64,000 nucleotides of DNA from Eledone cirrhosa (lineage: Eukaryota). Where the stretch lies: the NCBI GenBank assembly GCA_964016885.1, contig OZ024742.1, forward strand, positions 204,228,001 to 204,292,000, written 5' to 3'. A program made the position numbers and the translations under genes. This document shows, in pieces, positions 13,216-27,100 of the stretch (positions are counted from its first letter, which is position 1; every line of letters begins with the position of its first letter). Under the pieces are notes generated by a model, which did not search any database, was not told the origin of the DNA, and saw only the letters and a list, made by a program, of their open reading frames with translations.

Positions 13216-14200
13216 TTATAGTATTACCATTAGAAGTCCTTCGTAAACATATAATTTTTTATGTTAGATTTTTTTCTTCCTTAAATTTTTCTTATCTCCT
13301 CCATCCTTTCATGCTCGTTTTAAACTACTACTTAATTTGACTTTTACATATTACAATACATAAAAACAAACTTAAACCCTAACTAATTTCTTTTAATATA
13401 TTATATTATTACCATTAGAAAATATTTCGTAAACATATATACTTTTTGAGGTTAGATATTTTCTTCCTTAAACATTCTTTTTTCTTCTTTCCTTCCGCGC
13501 TCATTTTAAACAAACTATTTACGTACACATATTACATTACATAAAAACAAACTTAAATCCTAACTAATTCCTCTAAATTCTTAACTCATTCATTATTCTC
13601 CTTCTTTTTCACATTATATCCTCAATAACATTAATATTTTTATTTTAATAATACATATTAATAAATTCTTTTCCTCGCACATATTATTAAACCCTTTAAT
13701 ATACAAACCTTAATTTAATACTATTCTTAATTCCTTTTTCTTCATGCATAAACCTCATTAACTTTTATTTTCAAAATCTTTCAAATTATCTATTATCTTC
13801 CAACGGCTTTTTAATTTCTCTCTGTGAGACAATATATATATTTTTCTCAGTTGTAAAGGCTATCTCTCTCTCTATCACCATCTCTCCTCCTCTCTCATCC
13901 TTCCTTCTTATACTCCTACCCCCATCATCCTTTACTCTCATCACTTCTTCTTCCTTACTTTTTCCCAAACTCAAACATCAATCTTAATTTATTGTTCATA
14001 TGTTTATTTAAAACTTCACTATTCACAAGTGTTTTTTAAGCTTCATATCAGGTCTCCCTATTTTATCTGATGAGATCGCAGATATCATCCCATGATGATA
14101 TTTATTTTTGAAATGCGCATAATAAAATAATTGGAACTCTTTTAACCATCTTTTGATCTTATATTATCTATACTCCAGTCCTACAAACTGTAGAGTGCTA
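13216..14200 (+). repeat. Inverted pseudo-LTR of the 9890-13215 PLE
   Basis: 13216-14079 is the reverse complement of 9890-10760; it continues through a complete HHR. Confidence 0.9.
14059..14129 (+). ncRNA. Hammerhead ribozyme with palindromic minimal stem III
   Basis: TATTTTAT-CTGATGA-[GATATCATC-CCAT-GATGATATT hairpin]-GAAA-TGCGCA-TA-ATAAAATA. Confidence 0.8.
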
Positions 14201-14629
14201 CTTATCCGATATTTGCATTGCTTTACTGTGCTACAACCCGTTACATACAGTGAAAAAGTGTATACAGGAAACTCCGCTTTGGGTTGCAGGTGCTATATCA
14301 GAGATTTTCTTCTCCTAGAATTCTGCCTTGACAAAGGCAGAATTCTAGGGGACATATACACACACACACATATATATATATATATAGTTGGATTGATAAT
14401 GTTTTCGAAAAAACTGATTAACCCGCGTGTATATTATTATTTTTTTCCTCCTCTCGTGGATCGTAGTTGTCTCCCCTTCCCGCTTAGTGACGCTATAATA
14501 CTTCCTCAGTCAAAAACTGCTGGAATTTCAAATTTGCCGGTCATTCGATGCGGGAAGGAGCAACTTAACAGACACGAATTTTAACTGCAGTAAGAAAATT
14601 TTTTTTCTTATATCAAAGTTTAATGGGCT

Positions 14630-14750
14630 TCCACTGATGATTTATAAACGCCCACCTAAATATATTCTTACATGAATGTATATTAGGCTTCTACATAAAC
14701 TGGAAATATTCTCCGAATTTGTAGATAACTTATAATGAAACAATTGTTAT
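14630..14750 (+). ncRNA. Hammerhead-like motif with branched stem II (stem I decayed)
   Basis: CTGATGA-TTTATAA..TTATAAT-GAAA-CAATTG-TT; two internal hairpins; homologous to 31488. Confidence 0.6.
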
Positions 14751-14920
14751 ATTTTAACTTTAATTATATCTCATAAAATAATACAACTGGCTTTTCCACA
14801 TAATACATATTGTTAGCACCCAAACACTTAAATTGGGTTTATATTAAAATATAACCTAATGTTTGTTGAGTGAGATGGTTACCAGTCAGAGTTTAGCTTT
14901 AAACTATCTCTGTTTTTGTA

Positions 14921-14978
<58 letters not shown>

Positions 14979-15161
14979 AAATGAAAATCCGAAGGCAATG
15001 TGAAATTTTGATACTTGATACTTATACTCCGTTTTACATCATCTAGCTGTTCCCTCGAATGGAATTGGAGATATACAAAAGCGTGGAGAACTTAATATTG
15101 GTAACATAAAGTTATTGGACAATTTTACACAACCAATAATGCACCTTACTATATATATATA

Positions 15162-15430
15162 GTGAAGGCGCATGGCTTAGTGGTTAGAGCATTGGGCTTG
15201 CAATCGAAAGGTTGTGACTTCAATTCTCGGACCGAGTGATCTGTTGTTTCCTTGAGCAAGATACTTTATTTCACGTTGCTCCAGTTTACTCAGCTGTAGA
15301 AATGAGTACCGTCCTGCCCGCCCAGCCAGTGGGATGGCGTTATCTTATGGTTAAAACACCACGATGGGCTGTGACCAGCGGCGCCGATTGGCGCCCGACA
15401 GACTGGTCGGTCAAGGTGATCAAGGTGATA
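15162..15430 (+). mobile_element. SINE family B (tRNA head + CORE-like)
   Basis: GGCGCATGGCTTAGTGGTTAGAGC head, CCTTGAGCAAGATACTTTATTTCACGTTGCTCC core; lies between (TA)n tracts. Confidence 0.85.
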
Positions 15431-15874
15431 TGTATATATATATATATATATATCAACAGAAAATACACACACAGAAACAGTTGGCGTGCATTTTCGCGCA
15501 TTAAAGTGGTACTGCACAGATTGGAAAACTTCTCTGTTCGTAAGATGTATGTAAGACGATAGCAAAACAAAGAATAGACAGAAAACTATGGCTGTCTTTC
15601 GAAAAAACAGAGATACATACTTAAAATATTAAGATTAGAAATATATATATATCAGACACGTTATATCAAGTGTCTTAGTTGTAATACTTTCTTTAAATAA
15701 AGATTAGTGAAGCAGTTTCAAATTACAGTTAGATGTTTGCCAAATACATTGGCAATATCTTCTGTGAAAATAAGGAATGTGGAGTTTCCTGTCATTGGAA
15801 AATAAATATATAAATATGTATATGACTTAGGTTTACTTTTACGGCATAGATTCAATTCTTTAAAAGCATTTGTA

Positions 15875-15935
<61 letters not shown>

Positions 15936-16144
15936 ACATGAGTGTGTCTTTGTATGCATCTGTATGTGTGTATATGTGTGTGTATGTGTATGCGTGAATA
16001 TATATATATATATATATATATGTGTGTCTATGCGTGTTTACATGTATGTGTATTTTTTCATTTGTATGTGCGTGTGTATGTATGTGTGGGGGGGGGGGAG
16101 TTATTAATGTTCGGCTGTATATTTAATATCATACCACTTCTAAA

Positions 16145-16350
16145 GAGTGCTGGTTTGTCAGAATTGGTAGAGCATCAGATAAAATACCATTGTGGTATTT
16201 GTTCAGGCTGTTTACGTTCTAAGTTCAAATCCCGCTGAGGTCAACTTTAGCTTTCATCCTTCCGGGGTCGATAAATTACTAGGGTTAATTTAATTAACTT
16301 TGCCCTTCCCCTAAAATTTGGTGGCCTTGTGTCTAAATTGGAAATCAACA
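16145..16350 (+). mobile_element. SINE family A, diverged
   Basis: AAGTTCAAATCCCGCTGAGG..CTTTCATCCTTCCGGGGTCGATAAA. Confidence 0.8.
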
Positions 16351-16499
16351 TTATGTTATTGAACAGTTGCTGAAATTATTACTGTGATATATGCGATTCC
16401 CCTCCGCAATCTGTACAGAATTCAGCATGCTTGTAGTTATGAAGAAGTCAGAGCAAAGCTATTTGTGTGTGGTCAGCACGTTATTGTATGTGAAAATAT

Positions 16500-16780
16500 T
16501 TGTTTGACATCACAGTGCCAGAACGTTTGACATCACAGTGCAAGGAAGTTTGACATCAGTGTGCAAGAAAGTTTGACATCAGCCTGCAAGAAAGTTTGAC
16601 ATCACAGTCCAAGGAAGTTTGACATCAATGTGCAAGTAAGTTTGACATCAGTGTGCAAGGAAATTTGACATCACAGAGCAAGTAATTTTGACATTACAGT
16701 GCAAGGAAGTTTGATATCACAATGAAAGGAAGTTTGACATCGCCGTCCAAGAACGTTTGTCATCCGCGTACAAGAACGTT
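16500..16780. repeat. ~22-bp minisatellite
   Basis: Unit GTTTGACATCACAGTGCAAGGAA with variants. Confidence 0.9.
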
Positions 16781-16784
16781 TGTG

Positions 16785-17030
16785 TGGCTGGAACTCAGAA
16801 CGTACAGAATCGGAACAGATACCACAAAACATCTCACTATACCAATACACTTTATTTATCGACCTCAAAAATATGAAAGGCAAAGTTGATCTTGAGGGTA
16901 CACAAAACATTTCACCAAACGCTGTAACAATTCCACCAACCCCCAACCCCCACTTCTGGGATGTTATTTTATTTATCGGCCTCAAAAAGATGTCGACAGG
17001 ATTTGATCTCAGATCGCACAGATCCGGAGA
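16785..17030 (-). mobile_element. Stacked degenerate family A SINE fragments
   Basis: TTTATCGACCTC..ATGAAAGGCAAAGTTGA and GGATTTGATCTCAG on plus strand. Confidence 0.6.
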
Positions 17031-17314
17031 CAAAAAAGTCACGTGCCAAACAAATAACATTATCAATAACTTACTTTGACGTTTAGGGAAAAAAGTTTCG
17101 AATTTATATAAAAAATACAAATATTTCTTTGACAGCTAGAGAAATGTCTTCTTCTGCAAGGAAACAACAGAGCAGAGATCAATATCTGATCTAAAAATAC
17201 TTCGTATTATTGAAGATTCTGGCGGGGTGGCGGTGGGAGGGAGCAATATATATTTAAGAATGATGAGAGAAACTTTTATATTGCATATGCATATTAGAGT
17301 TATTTACTCTTTTA

Positions 17315-17810
17315 TTGCTGGTGGTGGCGGCGGCGGTGGTGGTGGTGGTGGTGGTGGTGTGGCAGGTGGTGGTGGTGATGATAATGTTGTTGGCGATGGT
17401 GGAGTTAGTAATGGTGGTCGTGGTGCTGTTGATACGTTTGTTGTTATTGTTGTTGTGTTTTGTGGTGATGATGATGGTGGTTGTGATGGTGGTGGTGGTG
17501 GTGGTGGTGGTGATGGTGGTAATGATATTGTTGTTGGTGATGGTGGGGTTAGTGATGATGGTCGTGGTGTTGTTGTTATTGTTGGTGTGTTTGGTGGTGT
17601 TGATTGTGATGGGGGAGGTAAAGATGGTGGTATTAGTGGTGATGATGTTGTCGGTGTTGTTGCTGTAGGTGATGTTGGTGTTTGTGTTGGAGCTGCTGAT
17701 ATTGTTCGTGCTGCTGCTGGTGGTTTTGTTGTTGGTGGTGTTATTGGTACTGATGCTGGTGTTGTTGATGTTGCTGTTGGTGTTCATGGAGTTGTTGGTG
17801 GTGTTGTCTC
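17315..17810. repeat. Degenerate (GGT/GTT/GAT)n low-complexity tract
   Basis: Direct reading. Confidence 0.9.
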
Positions 17811-17904
17811 TGTTTTGTATTTGTGTGTGGGGGGGGGGGGTTTATTGCTTTTTTTATATCTTGTTATTTAATCTAGAAAGAGATGGTAGAGTTACAGAAA
17901 TGGT

Positions 17905-18650
17905 TGAGTTGTGGGCTGATGTGATATTACCCATACATATCCAATCATATCTTCACTGGTTTAATGTTATCCCGAGAGATTTATTGTTCCCTGACTGATG
18001 TAATATTACCCGCACAGATGCAATGATAATCTTACAGGTCTAATGTTATCTCTACAGATTTAATAATATTCCTACAGATGTAATGTTAACCTTACATATG
18101 TAATGATACCCTTACAGATGTAATGGTGCTCTTATAGATGTAATGATGCCCTTACAGATGTCATATTATCCTTACAGATGTAATGATACCCTTACAGATG
18201 TGATATTATCATTACAGATGTAATGAAACCCTTACTGATGTAATGTTACCCTTACTGGTGTAATGATGTCTTTATAGATGTAATGATGCCCTTATAGATG
18301 CAATAATACCCCAAAAGATGTAATGATACCCTTACAAATGTTGTGTTACCCTGACTGATGTAATGATATTCTTACAGATGTAATGATACCCTGACAGATG
18401 TAATATTACCCTTACAGATGTAATAATACACTTACAGGTGTAGTGTTACCATTACAGAACACTGACTGAGGTAACGATGCCTTGACTGATGTAATGTCAC
18501 TCTTACAGATGTAATGAATCCCTTACAGATGTAATATTACCGTTACAAACGTAGTTTTATCCCTACAGATATAATGTTATTCTGTTTGATGTAATGATAC
18601 CCTTGCAGATGTAATATTACCCTTACAGATGTGTTACCCAGACTAATGTA
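17905..18650. repeat. 20-bp minisatellite, degenerate
   Basis: Unit GATGTAATGATACCCTTACA. Confidence 0.9.
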
Positions 18651-18786
18651 ACGTTTCCTTTTCTCAAATAGATAGATATTGAGGGCTAATTATATGCAAA
18701 TTAGAACGTCCATTCAGAATACTACTATGAACGGGTATATAAACCCATCACATGCCTGTTTCTTTGTTTTTGTTTAGATGATATTC

Positions 18787-18835
18787 ACACCTTCTGATGA
18801 AAACCCAACTATGTCCGAAAATCGGTTAAATGTGT
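18787..18835 (+). ncRNA. Degenerate minimal hammerhead
   Basis: ACACCTT-CTGATGA-..GTCC-GAAA-ATCGGT-TA-AATGTGT; stem II partly lost. Confidence 0.5.
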
Positions 18836-19075
18836 TTAGCATTTTTACAATTTACAGGTAAATTTATATTTTCTGTCACGTTTACATGTCTATACATTAA
18901 ACTGTGCATATTTATACTCTGTACATATACCGATATAACTTTATAGTACCCCTCGACTGTACATATATATACATACATACATACATACATGCATACATAC
19001 ATACATACATACACATATATATGTGTGTGTGTACGTATGTGTATATATATATATATATATACACATACATATATA

Positions 19076-19153
<78 letters not shown>

Positions 19154-19732
19154 CTGTGAAAGGTACATGAAAATTCCATTTCCTCCACCTATCATTGACC
19201 CTAGAGCCGTATATCTAACAATATGAATGTCGGTTTATAAGCTTTTGGTGTACATACACACATACACACGAACACACACACACCGAATGTTGGTGCCGGC
19301 AGAGCTATATGCTGAATGCTGCAACTAGTAAAATAAAATTCACACACACATAAATACACACTTATATAAATACATGAATTTTTTTCCATTATTAGAAATA
19401 TTGATTCATATAACCTCACATAAATGACTGCCACGCTGATGGTGTCCGTTTTTTATTCTATGAATAAATATGAATACAGAATAGGTCTGTATATCTATAT
19501 ATATCAGATCGGTATTATGTGAGTTAATTAATTAAAATTAATTAAATAGTTGGGATTGTCTTTGTTTAAACACTCCCCTCGTGTACGGGAGCTTCTTTTG
19601 TCGTTACGATTTCATCAGTAACAGATTATCCCTCTTTTAACGTGGTCACATTGTATATATAGTCACTATTATATAAAACCAGACTTCGGTTACAGATATG
19701 TGTGAAATGCAAATGAAAATGAAAATAAAAAT

Positions 19733-20600
19733 GACAGCTAACACCTAAGTAGGTTTAGCTGGCCTCCAACAGCTCACATCTATGTAGGTTTAGTTGGCCT
19801 CCAACAGCTCACACCTATGTAGGTTTAGCTGGCCTCCAGCAGCTCACACCTATGTAGGTTTAGCTGGCCCTCTACTACAATTCACACCTATGTAGGTTTA
19901 GCTGGCCTCCAACAGCTCACACCTATGTAGGTTTAGCTGGCCTTCTACAATTCACACCTATGTAGGTTTAGCTGGCCCTCTACAATTCACAGCTATGTAG
20001 GTTTAGCTGGCCTTCTACAATTCACACCTATGTAGGTTTAGCTAGCCTCCTACAGTACACACTTATGTAGGTTTAGCTGGCCTTCTACAGCTCACACCTA
20101 TGAAGGTTTAGCTGCTCTTCTACAGCTCACACCTATGTAGGTTTAACTAGGCTCTTACAGCTGACACTTATGTAGCTTTAGCTGGCCTCTTACAGCACAC
20201 AGCTATGTAGGTTTAACTAGGCTCCTACAGCTGACACTTATGTAGCTTTAGCTGGCCTCCTACAGCTCACACCTATGTAGCTTTAGCTGACCTCGTACAG
20301 CTCACACCTATGTCGCTTTAGCTGGCCTCTTACAGCACACAGATATGTAGGCTTAGCTAGCCTCCTACAGTACACACTTATGTAAGTTTAGCTAACCCCC
20401 TACAGCACACACTAATGTAGGTTTTGCTGAACTTTTACAATTCCCATCTATGTAGTTTTAGCGGACCTCCTACAGCACACATGTAGATTTAGCTAGCCTC
20501 CTACGATATTCTATCTCATAGGAGGTTTCTATGGTGTTTTAATGATATCAGCACACATCTATGTAGGTTTGGCTCGCCTCATGCAAGGCTGCATCTCATA
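19733..20600. repeat. 35-bp minisatellite
   Basis: Unit ACAGCTCACACCTATGTAGGTTTAGCTGGCCTCCT. Confidence 0.95.
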
Positions 20601-22360
20601 GGTAATTTTTTCGGGTGTTTTAATTACCGGTAATCGTGACAACCCTGAAAATGTTATTTTTAATCTCAGGCGATTATATTATTTGTGTGTGCGTGTGTGT
20701 GTGTGAGACACATAAATAAAACAGTGGCAGTTGCAATAAGCACTCAGCTACTGGCGATTTCTCTATTTACAATGAGTGTTTGGCAAGTCCTGTGCAATCA
20801 TATGTTCTAAAGCGCATCTGGTGATATCAAATATAGATTAATTTCTGCTTGAAAATCTAGAGATAAGCTCTTAAATTCGAATCCTCCATTGTCTAAGCCA
20901 GTTCTATCAATATTTAAAATGTATTAGACACTGAATAATGTTAATAAACAAAGTCTGTGCTAATTTCAAACGGGTCATATACAGTTGAACTATATTTTAT
21001 CAAGAACAGGTCGTAGAGAATCACTTGTATGTTCTTGTGGAGATTACTCAGAAACATTTTAACACTATTTGTTTCAATGCAGAAACTAGCCCCTAGCAGT
21101 AGAGACTTCTGGTTTCCTTGGTCTTAGGGCTACCTCCATACTTACGACCATAGGCGCTGAGCTGGCTAGCCGCAGGTGTGAGCCTCACAAGATGGAATGG
21201 CTCTTCCAGCACATCTCCCTTACCATCCTTTGGGGAAACGCGCGTTCCATTCTGTCCGCCGGGGCCGTGGGGCGGCCAGCACGTGGGACCCCATTTACTC
21301 ATAATACAGAGAGATGGGGAGGGCGAGAGAGATGGAGGCGATGACAGCGGGAGTTCGGCTCTTCCATGTTTGGACACATTTATCAATTCTATGTTGCTTT
21401 TGATAATTAGCCATGTTGTATATAAATAGGCTTTGTTATGTGTGTTCCTCATCTAATTATACTTGTCAAACCTTTACTGTTTGATCGTGTTTCCCCTATT
21501 TTAAGACCTACCCATCAGTCTAAAGGAAGCATCTTGAAGCAGGTCCTTAAAAATCTACATAGATAGGAGGTACAATATATTGTCAAGGATCTACCAAATA
21601 TAGACAATATATTTCAGTATACAAAGGCTACAAAAAAATTCAACAAAAACTTTTATTTTATAGTTAGCTGTCCTTTTTTAAAACTTGTTTTATCTTATTT
21701 ACGCTATTTTGCTTCCCGTTGGCCTATTCTATCTTGTTTGTTTATTTGTTTGTTTATTTGTTTTTTTTTGTTTTTGTGTTTTCATTTACTGTAAGAGGTA
21801 CTAGTTACCTCCTCTAGCCTGTCATTGCTTACTAGCTCAATACGGACATTTAAAACGATTAAATAAATAAATACATACATACATGATGGCTGCAAACTCT
21901 TGTCAGATTATAGAAAATGGTGCACTTTTAGACTACGGCCTGCCACACGAACCTGTAACAGATCCTGAACGAGCAATGCCTGTGAATACATACATACATA
22001 CATACATACGCAGATACATACATACATACATACATACATACATACATACATACATACATACATACATACATACATACGCAGATACATACGTACACACATA
22101 TATGCCTGCATGGTTCCGTAACTCCTGAAGGAATCGTAGGGGCACCGTATCGACATACGGCGTTTCTAGGGTATTTTTTTAAAACCTGGCAGAGCCCAAC
22201 TCTTCTCCAGGTCTGAGTACAGCAGATTTCTTCCAGAGAAGGGTAGAGAGTGAGAGAATGTGAGTGAGAAAGAATCGATATCAGTACTTGACTGGTACTT
22301 TTTTATCCACCCGGAATGGATGAAAGGCAAAGTTGACCTCGACACACACACACACACACA

Positions 22361-22399
<39 letters not shown>

Positions 22400-23176
22400 A
22401 CACACACACACACACGCACATGCATGCATGCATACATACATGATGGCTGCCCCCTCGTTATCGAGTATGCCCGTTGCACTATATACCATTATGAATAATT
22501 ATTAATTAATTCTATCGTGCAATGCCTGTGCGTGAAAATATTTTTTAAAGTGAGGAAAGACTGTGCACTGAGCCAATCCCACTCTCTGAACGACAGTAGC
22601 TATAACCCGAAAAGAAGGAAAGATCAACATCATACATACATACACACACATACACATACATGCATACGTACATACATGCATGCACACAAATTTAGCCCAA
22701 TATGTTTGATGAAAGGAAATTGACATATCACATTGAAGCGAAACTTTTATTTCATATAGTATGATAAACTTCAAAACAACAGAGAATAAGATAACTAAAG
22801 GCCCAATGACGTCACATATTCCCAATCCCTTACACCCTATCTCTGTTTAACACTGGATCTTACAATAGCCCCTCATAACTTTCCCCTCTCTACTCCCTTT
22901 TACACCTCTTTACTTTGCCTCTTATTCCTACTCTGTTAAAAAGAGAAAATAAGAAGTTATATAAACAAAATCCATTGACGTATTAACATACTGGATCAGT
23001 AATTTCTTGTAGATAAAAGCATAAATGTTGCAGTTTTTCTTCCTTTCATCGTGCAGTTATTGTGTAAGGAAATTTAAATCGAATGTAAATCAGATTCTCT
23101 TAACGTTTGTTGTCCCCCATGAAATCGACTGCAAAAAGAATTGGCTTCCTGTTTTAGATTGAACTCATTTGTATTG

Positions 23177-23251
<75 letters not shown>

Positions 23252-23257
23252 TCTCTC

Positions 23258-23342
<85 letters not shown>

Positions 23343-23346
<4 letters not shown>

Positions 23347-23504
23347 GAATAATCGAGTATCGAAATAGTAGAGTGGATAATAGGAACGAGTAGGACCCCG
23401 ACGGCTGAGCTCAAGCCGTTTCGACGGCTAATTCTGGACGGAATTAGCAGTCCAGAATTAGCCGTCGAAACGGCTTGAGCTCAGCCGTCGGGGTCCTACT
23501 CGTT

Positions 23505-23510
<6 letters not shown>
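23343..23510. mobile_element. Head-to-head fold-back insertion of the Naiad terminal repeat in (TA)n
   Basis: Arms about 23379-23439 and 23449-23510 match 34290-34352; spacer GGAATTAGC. Confidence 0.9.
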
Positions 23511-23595
<85 letters not shown>

Positions 23596-24139
23596 CTTTC
23601 TTTCTTTCTCTGACTCACTCTATCTTTTGATTACGAGGTTATTTCAATAAAATTATATACTAGCTCACTATATAGATATAGTACTTTATTACATACAAAA
23701 TATTCCGAAATGCTAATTTTAATTCAGAATTACAAAATAAACCCGAATATTTCAATGAATTCTTTAAAAGAAAAAGAAAGAAAATAAACTCAAGCGAAAA
23801 CAAACATGTCGGCCATTTTCTTTCAGATAATTTTGTTTTTTCTTTACGAAGTTTTTGAAAATTAAAATAGAAATTAATGGAAAAGATTGAGAAATATAAA
23901 TTAAGAATCGATAAAATGGTTCTTGTTCTAGCATTGTTCAACAATGAAGTGCACCTAGCAACTAATTCCGGGTATCTAAATATGTGTTTACGAGAGATGT
24001 GAACAGCAGAGCAGATGCAGTGCTAATCTACTGGATCTTGTACTTGTGTTGACGGTCACCTAAGATGGATCCAGTCAGGTGGAATCAGTGAATCCACAAC
24101 ATCGTCAACAGAGGCTGTCTTATATTACCGAAGTCTAAT

Positions 24140-26308
24140 ACAGATATTGTTAGCTAGACACCATTCTAATAGTAAATACAATATATGTGAGAATCAGATA
24201 TTGTTAGCCAGTCACCATTCTAACGGTAGATACCATATATGTGAGAATCAGATATTGTTAGCCAGTCACCATTCTAATGGTAGATGCCATATATGTGAGA
24301 ATCAGATATTGTTAGCCAGTCACCATTCTAACGGTAGATATTATATATGTGAGAAACATATATTGTTAGCTAGACACCATTCTAACAGTAGATATCATAT
24401 ATGTGAGAACCAGATATTGTTAGCCAGTCACCATTCTAACAGTAGATATCATATATGTGAGAACCAGATATTGTTAGCCAGTCACCATTCTAACGGTAGA
24501 TATCATATATGTGAGAACCAGATATTGTTAGCCAGTCACCATTCTAACAGTAGATACCATATATGTGAGAACCAGATATTGTTAGCCAGTCACCATTCTA
24601 ACAGTAGATATCATATATGTGAGAACCAGATATTGTTAGCCAGTCACCATTCTAACGGTAGATATCATATATGTGAGAACCAGATATTGTTAGCCAGTCA
24701 CCATTCTAACAGTAGATACCATATATGTGAGAACCAGATATTGTTAGCCAGTCACCATTCTAACAGTAGATACCATATATGTGAGAACCAGATATTGTTA
24801 GCCAGTCACCATTCTAACGGTAGATATCATATATGTGAGAACCAGATATTGTTAGCCAGTCACCATTCTAACGGTAGATATCATATATGTGAGAACCAGA
24901 TATTGTTAGCCAGTCACCATTCTAACGGTAGATACCATATATGTGAGAACCAGATATTGTTAGCCAGTCACCATTCTAACAGTAGATATCATATATGTGA
25001 GAACCAGATATTGTTAGCCAGTCACCATTCTAACAGTAGATATCATATATGTGAGAACCAGATATTGTTAGCCAGTCACCATTCTAACAGTAGATATCAT
25101 ATATGTGAGAACCAGATATTGTTAGCCAGTCACCATTCTAACAGTAGATACCATATATGTGAGAACCAGATATTGTTAGCCAGTCACCATTCTAACAGTA
25201 GATACCATATATGTGAGAACCAGATATTGTTAGCCAGTCACCATTCTAACAGTAGATACCATATATGTGAGAACCAGATATTGTTAGCCAGTCACCATTC
25301 TAACGGTAGATACCATATATGTGAGAACCAGATATTGTTAGCCAGTCACCATTCTAACGGTAGATACCATATATGTGAGAACCAGATATTGTTAGCCAGT
25401 CACCATTCTAACAGTAGATACCATATATGTGAGAACCAGATATTGTTAGCCAGTCACCATTCTAACAGTAGATACCATATATGTGAGAACCAGATATTGT
25501 TAGCCAGTCACCATTCTAACAGTAGATATCATATATGTGAGAACCAGATATTGTTAGCCAGTCACCATTCTAACGGTAGATACCATATATGTGAGAACCA
25601 GATATTGTTAGCCAGTCACCATTCTAACAGTAGATACCATATATGTGAGAACCAGATATTGTTAGCCAGTCACCATTCTAACAGTAGATACCATATATGT
25701 GAGAACCAGATATTGTTAGCCAGTCACCATTCTAACAGTAGATATCATATATGTGAGAACCAGATATTGTTAGCCAGTCACCATTCTAACGGTAGATACC
25801 ATATATGTGAGAACCAGATATTGTTAGCCAGTCACCATTCTAACGGTAGATATCATATATGTGAGAACCAGATATTGTTAGCCAGTCACCATTCTAACAG
25901 TAGATACCATATATGTGAGAACCAGATATTGTTAGCCAGTCACCATTCTAACAGTAGATATCATATATGTGAGAACCAGATATTGTTAGCCAGTCACCAT
26001 TCTAATGGTAGATACCATATATGTGAGAACCAGATATTGTTAGCCAGTCACCATTCTCACGGTAGATACCATATATGTGAGGACCAGATATTGTTAGCCA
26101 GTCACCATTCTAACGGTAGATACCATATATGTGAGGACCAGATATTGTTAGCCAGTCACCATTCTCACGGTAGATACCATATATGTGAGGACCAGATATT
26201 GTTAGCCAGTCACCATTCTAACAGTAGATATCATATATGTGAGAACCAGATATTGTTAGCCAGTCACCATTCTAACGGTAGATACCATATATGTGAGGAC
26301 CAGATATT
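24140..26308. repeat. Homogeneous 54-bp minisatellite, about 40 copies
   Basis: Unit CAGATATTGTTAGCCAGTCACCATTCTAACAGTAGATACCATATATGTGAGAAC. Confidence 0.97.
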
Positions 26309-26345
26309 TGTTCAAGATGCAATTTGATCATGCCAGTCCCTATCT

Positions 26346-26561
26346 TCAACTGTCTATCTTGTCATTTAAGCCACCATTGGAGGGGCTCTGGTGTGATTCC
26401 ATTGTAGATGAGTTCACCTGGTGGACGGTGAGGTGCGTAACCAAGCCACCTGGTTCAAAGACACTAAGTGAACAGATTAAATCCTGGGACCGACATGGTG
26501 TTATGTTCCTATTAAACAGACCTAGCTCCCTCGTTGACCCAGTCCACTTAACTGTCAATAT
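26346..26561 (-). CDS. Candidate terminal coding exon of an unidentified host gene
   Basis: ttag|ATA acceptor (phase 0); ILTVKWTGSTRELGLFNRNITPCRSQDLICSLSVFEPGGLVTHLTVHQ..DKIDS*; non-repetitive sequence; minus-strand AATAAA at about 23685. Confidence 0.4.
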   Translation of the reverse strand: MLTVKWTGSTRELGLFNRNITPCRSQDLICSLSVFEPGGLVTHLTVHQVNSSTMESHQSPSNGGLNDKIDS

Positions 26562-26699
26562 CTAAATGCCATATCAGATTCTTATGATTAAATACAATAT
26601 CTAATGTGCATTACAAGACACAGTAATAGACTTGTGATGTCCATGTGTTTACAATTGATATAAAATTACAATAGGTCCACATCTTACATGGTTTCCCAA

Positions 26700-27100
26700 C
26701 TTGCACGTTATTCAAAATCCACATAATCGCAGGTCTTGAATAACCCCATCCCATCCCTGCTTATTAATTTTTTTAGATTTTTTTTCCAACACCACCCGCT
26801 TTTATTCCCCACCTCGCTTTGGCTAATCTATCTCCAGCCAAATTTTATTATAAATGAATCCTATCGATACAGCAGCTGGGGAATCTAATAATTATTTTAT
26901 TTTACATTAAAAAAAACATTATATATATCAAATAAATACATTACAAGAAATCTCATATTTACGAACGTACACTATACAAATACCGATTCCACCCCCTCAA
27001 CCTCAGTTTATTCCAATCCCCGTTTATAAAAATGTAAGCAAATGTCCACCCACCCACCACTTATTCCACCACCACCCCTATTGTTTGGGAACCGAGAGTA
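26700..27100 (-). mobile_element. Degenerate dispersed repeat related to 637-969
   Basis: Shared terminal motif; G-rich GGAATAA repeats. Confidence 0.35.

Noticed and set aside
17227-17998. Gly/Val-rich or Thr/Asn-rich ORFs (also 8952-9264 and all YI/CV/HT/LS ORFs)
   Set aside because: These are translations of simple repeats that are open in several frames
21140-21165. 5S rRNA-like TTACGACCATA start
   Set aside because: Similarity is limited to about 11 nt, with no internal 5S boxes
24147-26327. 726-aa ORF as a protein-coding gene
   Set aside because: It is the one open frame of a 54-bp tandem repeat, with a TTG start, no unique domain and variants that are mostly nonsynonymous
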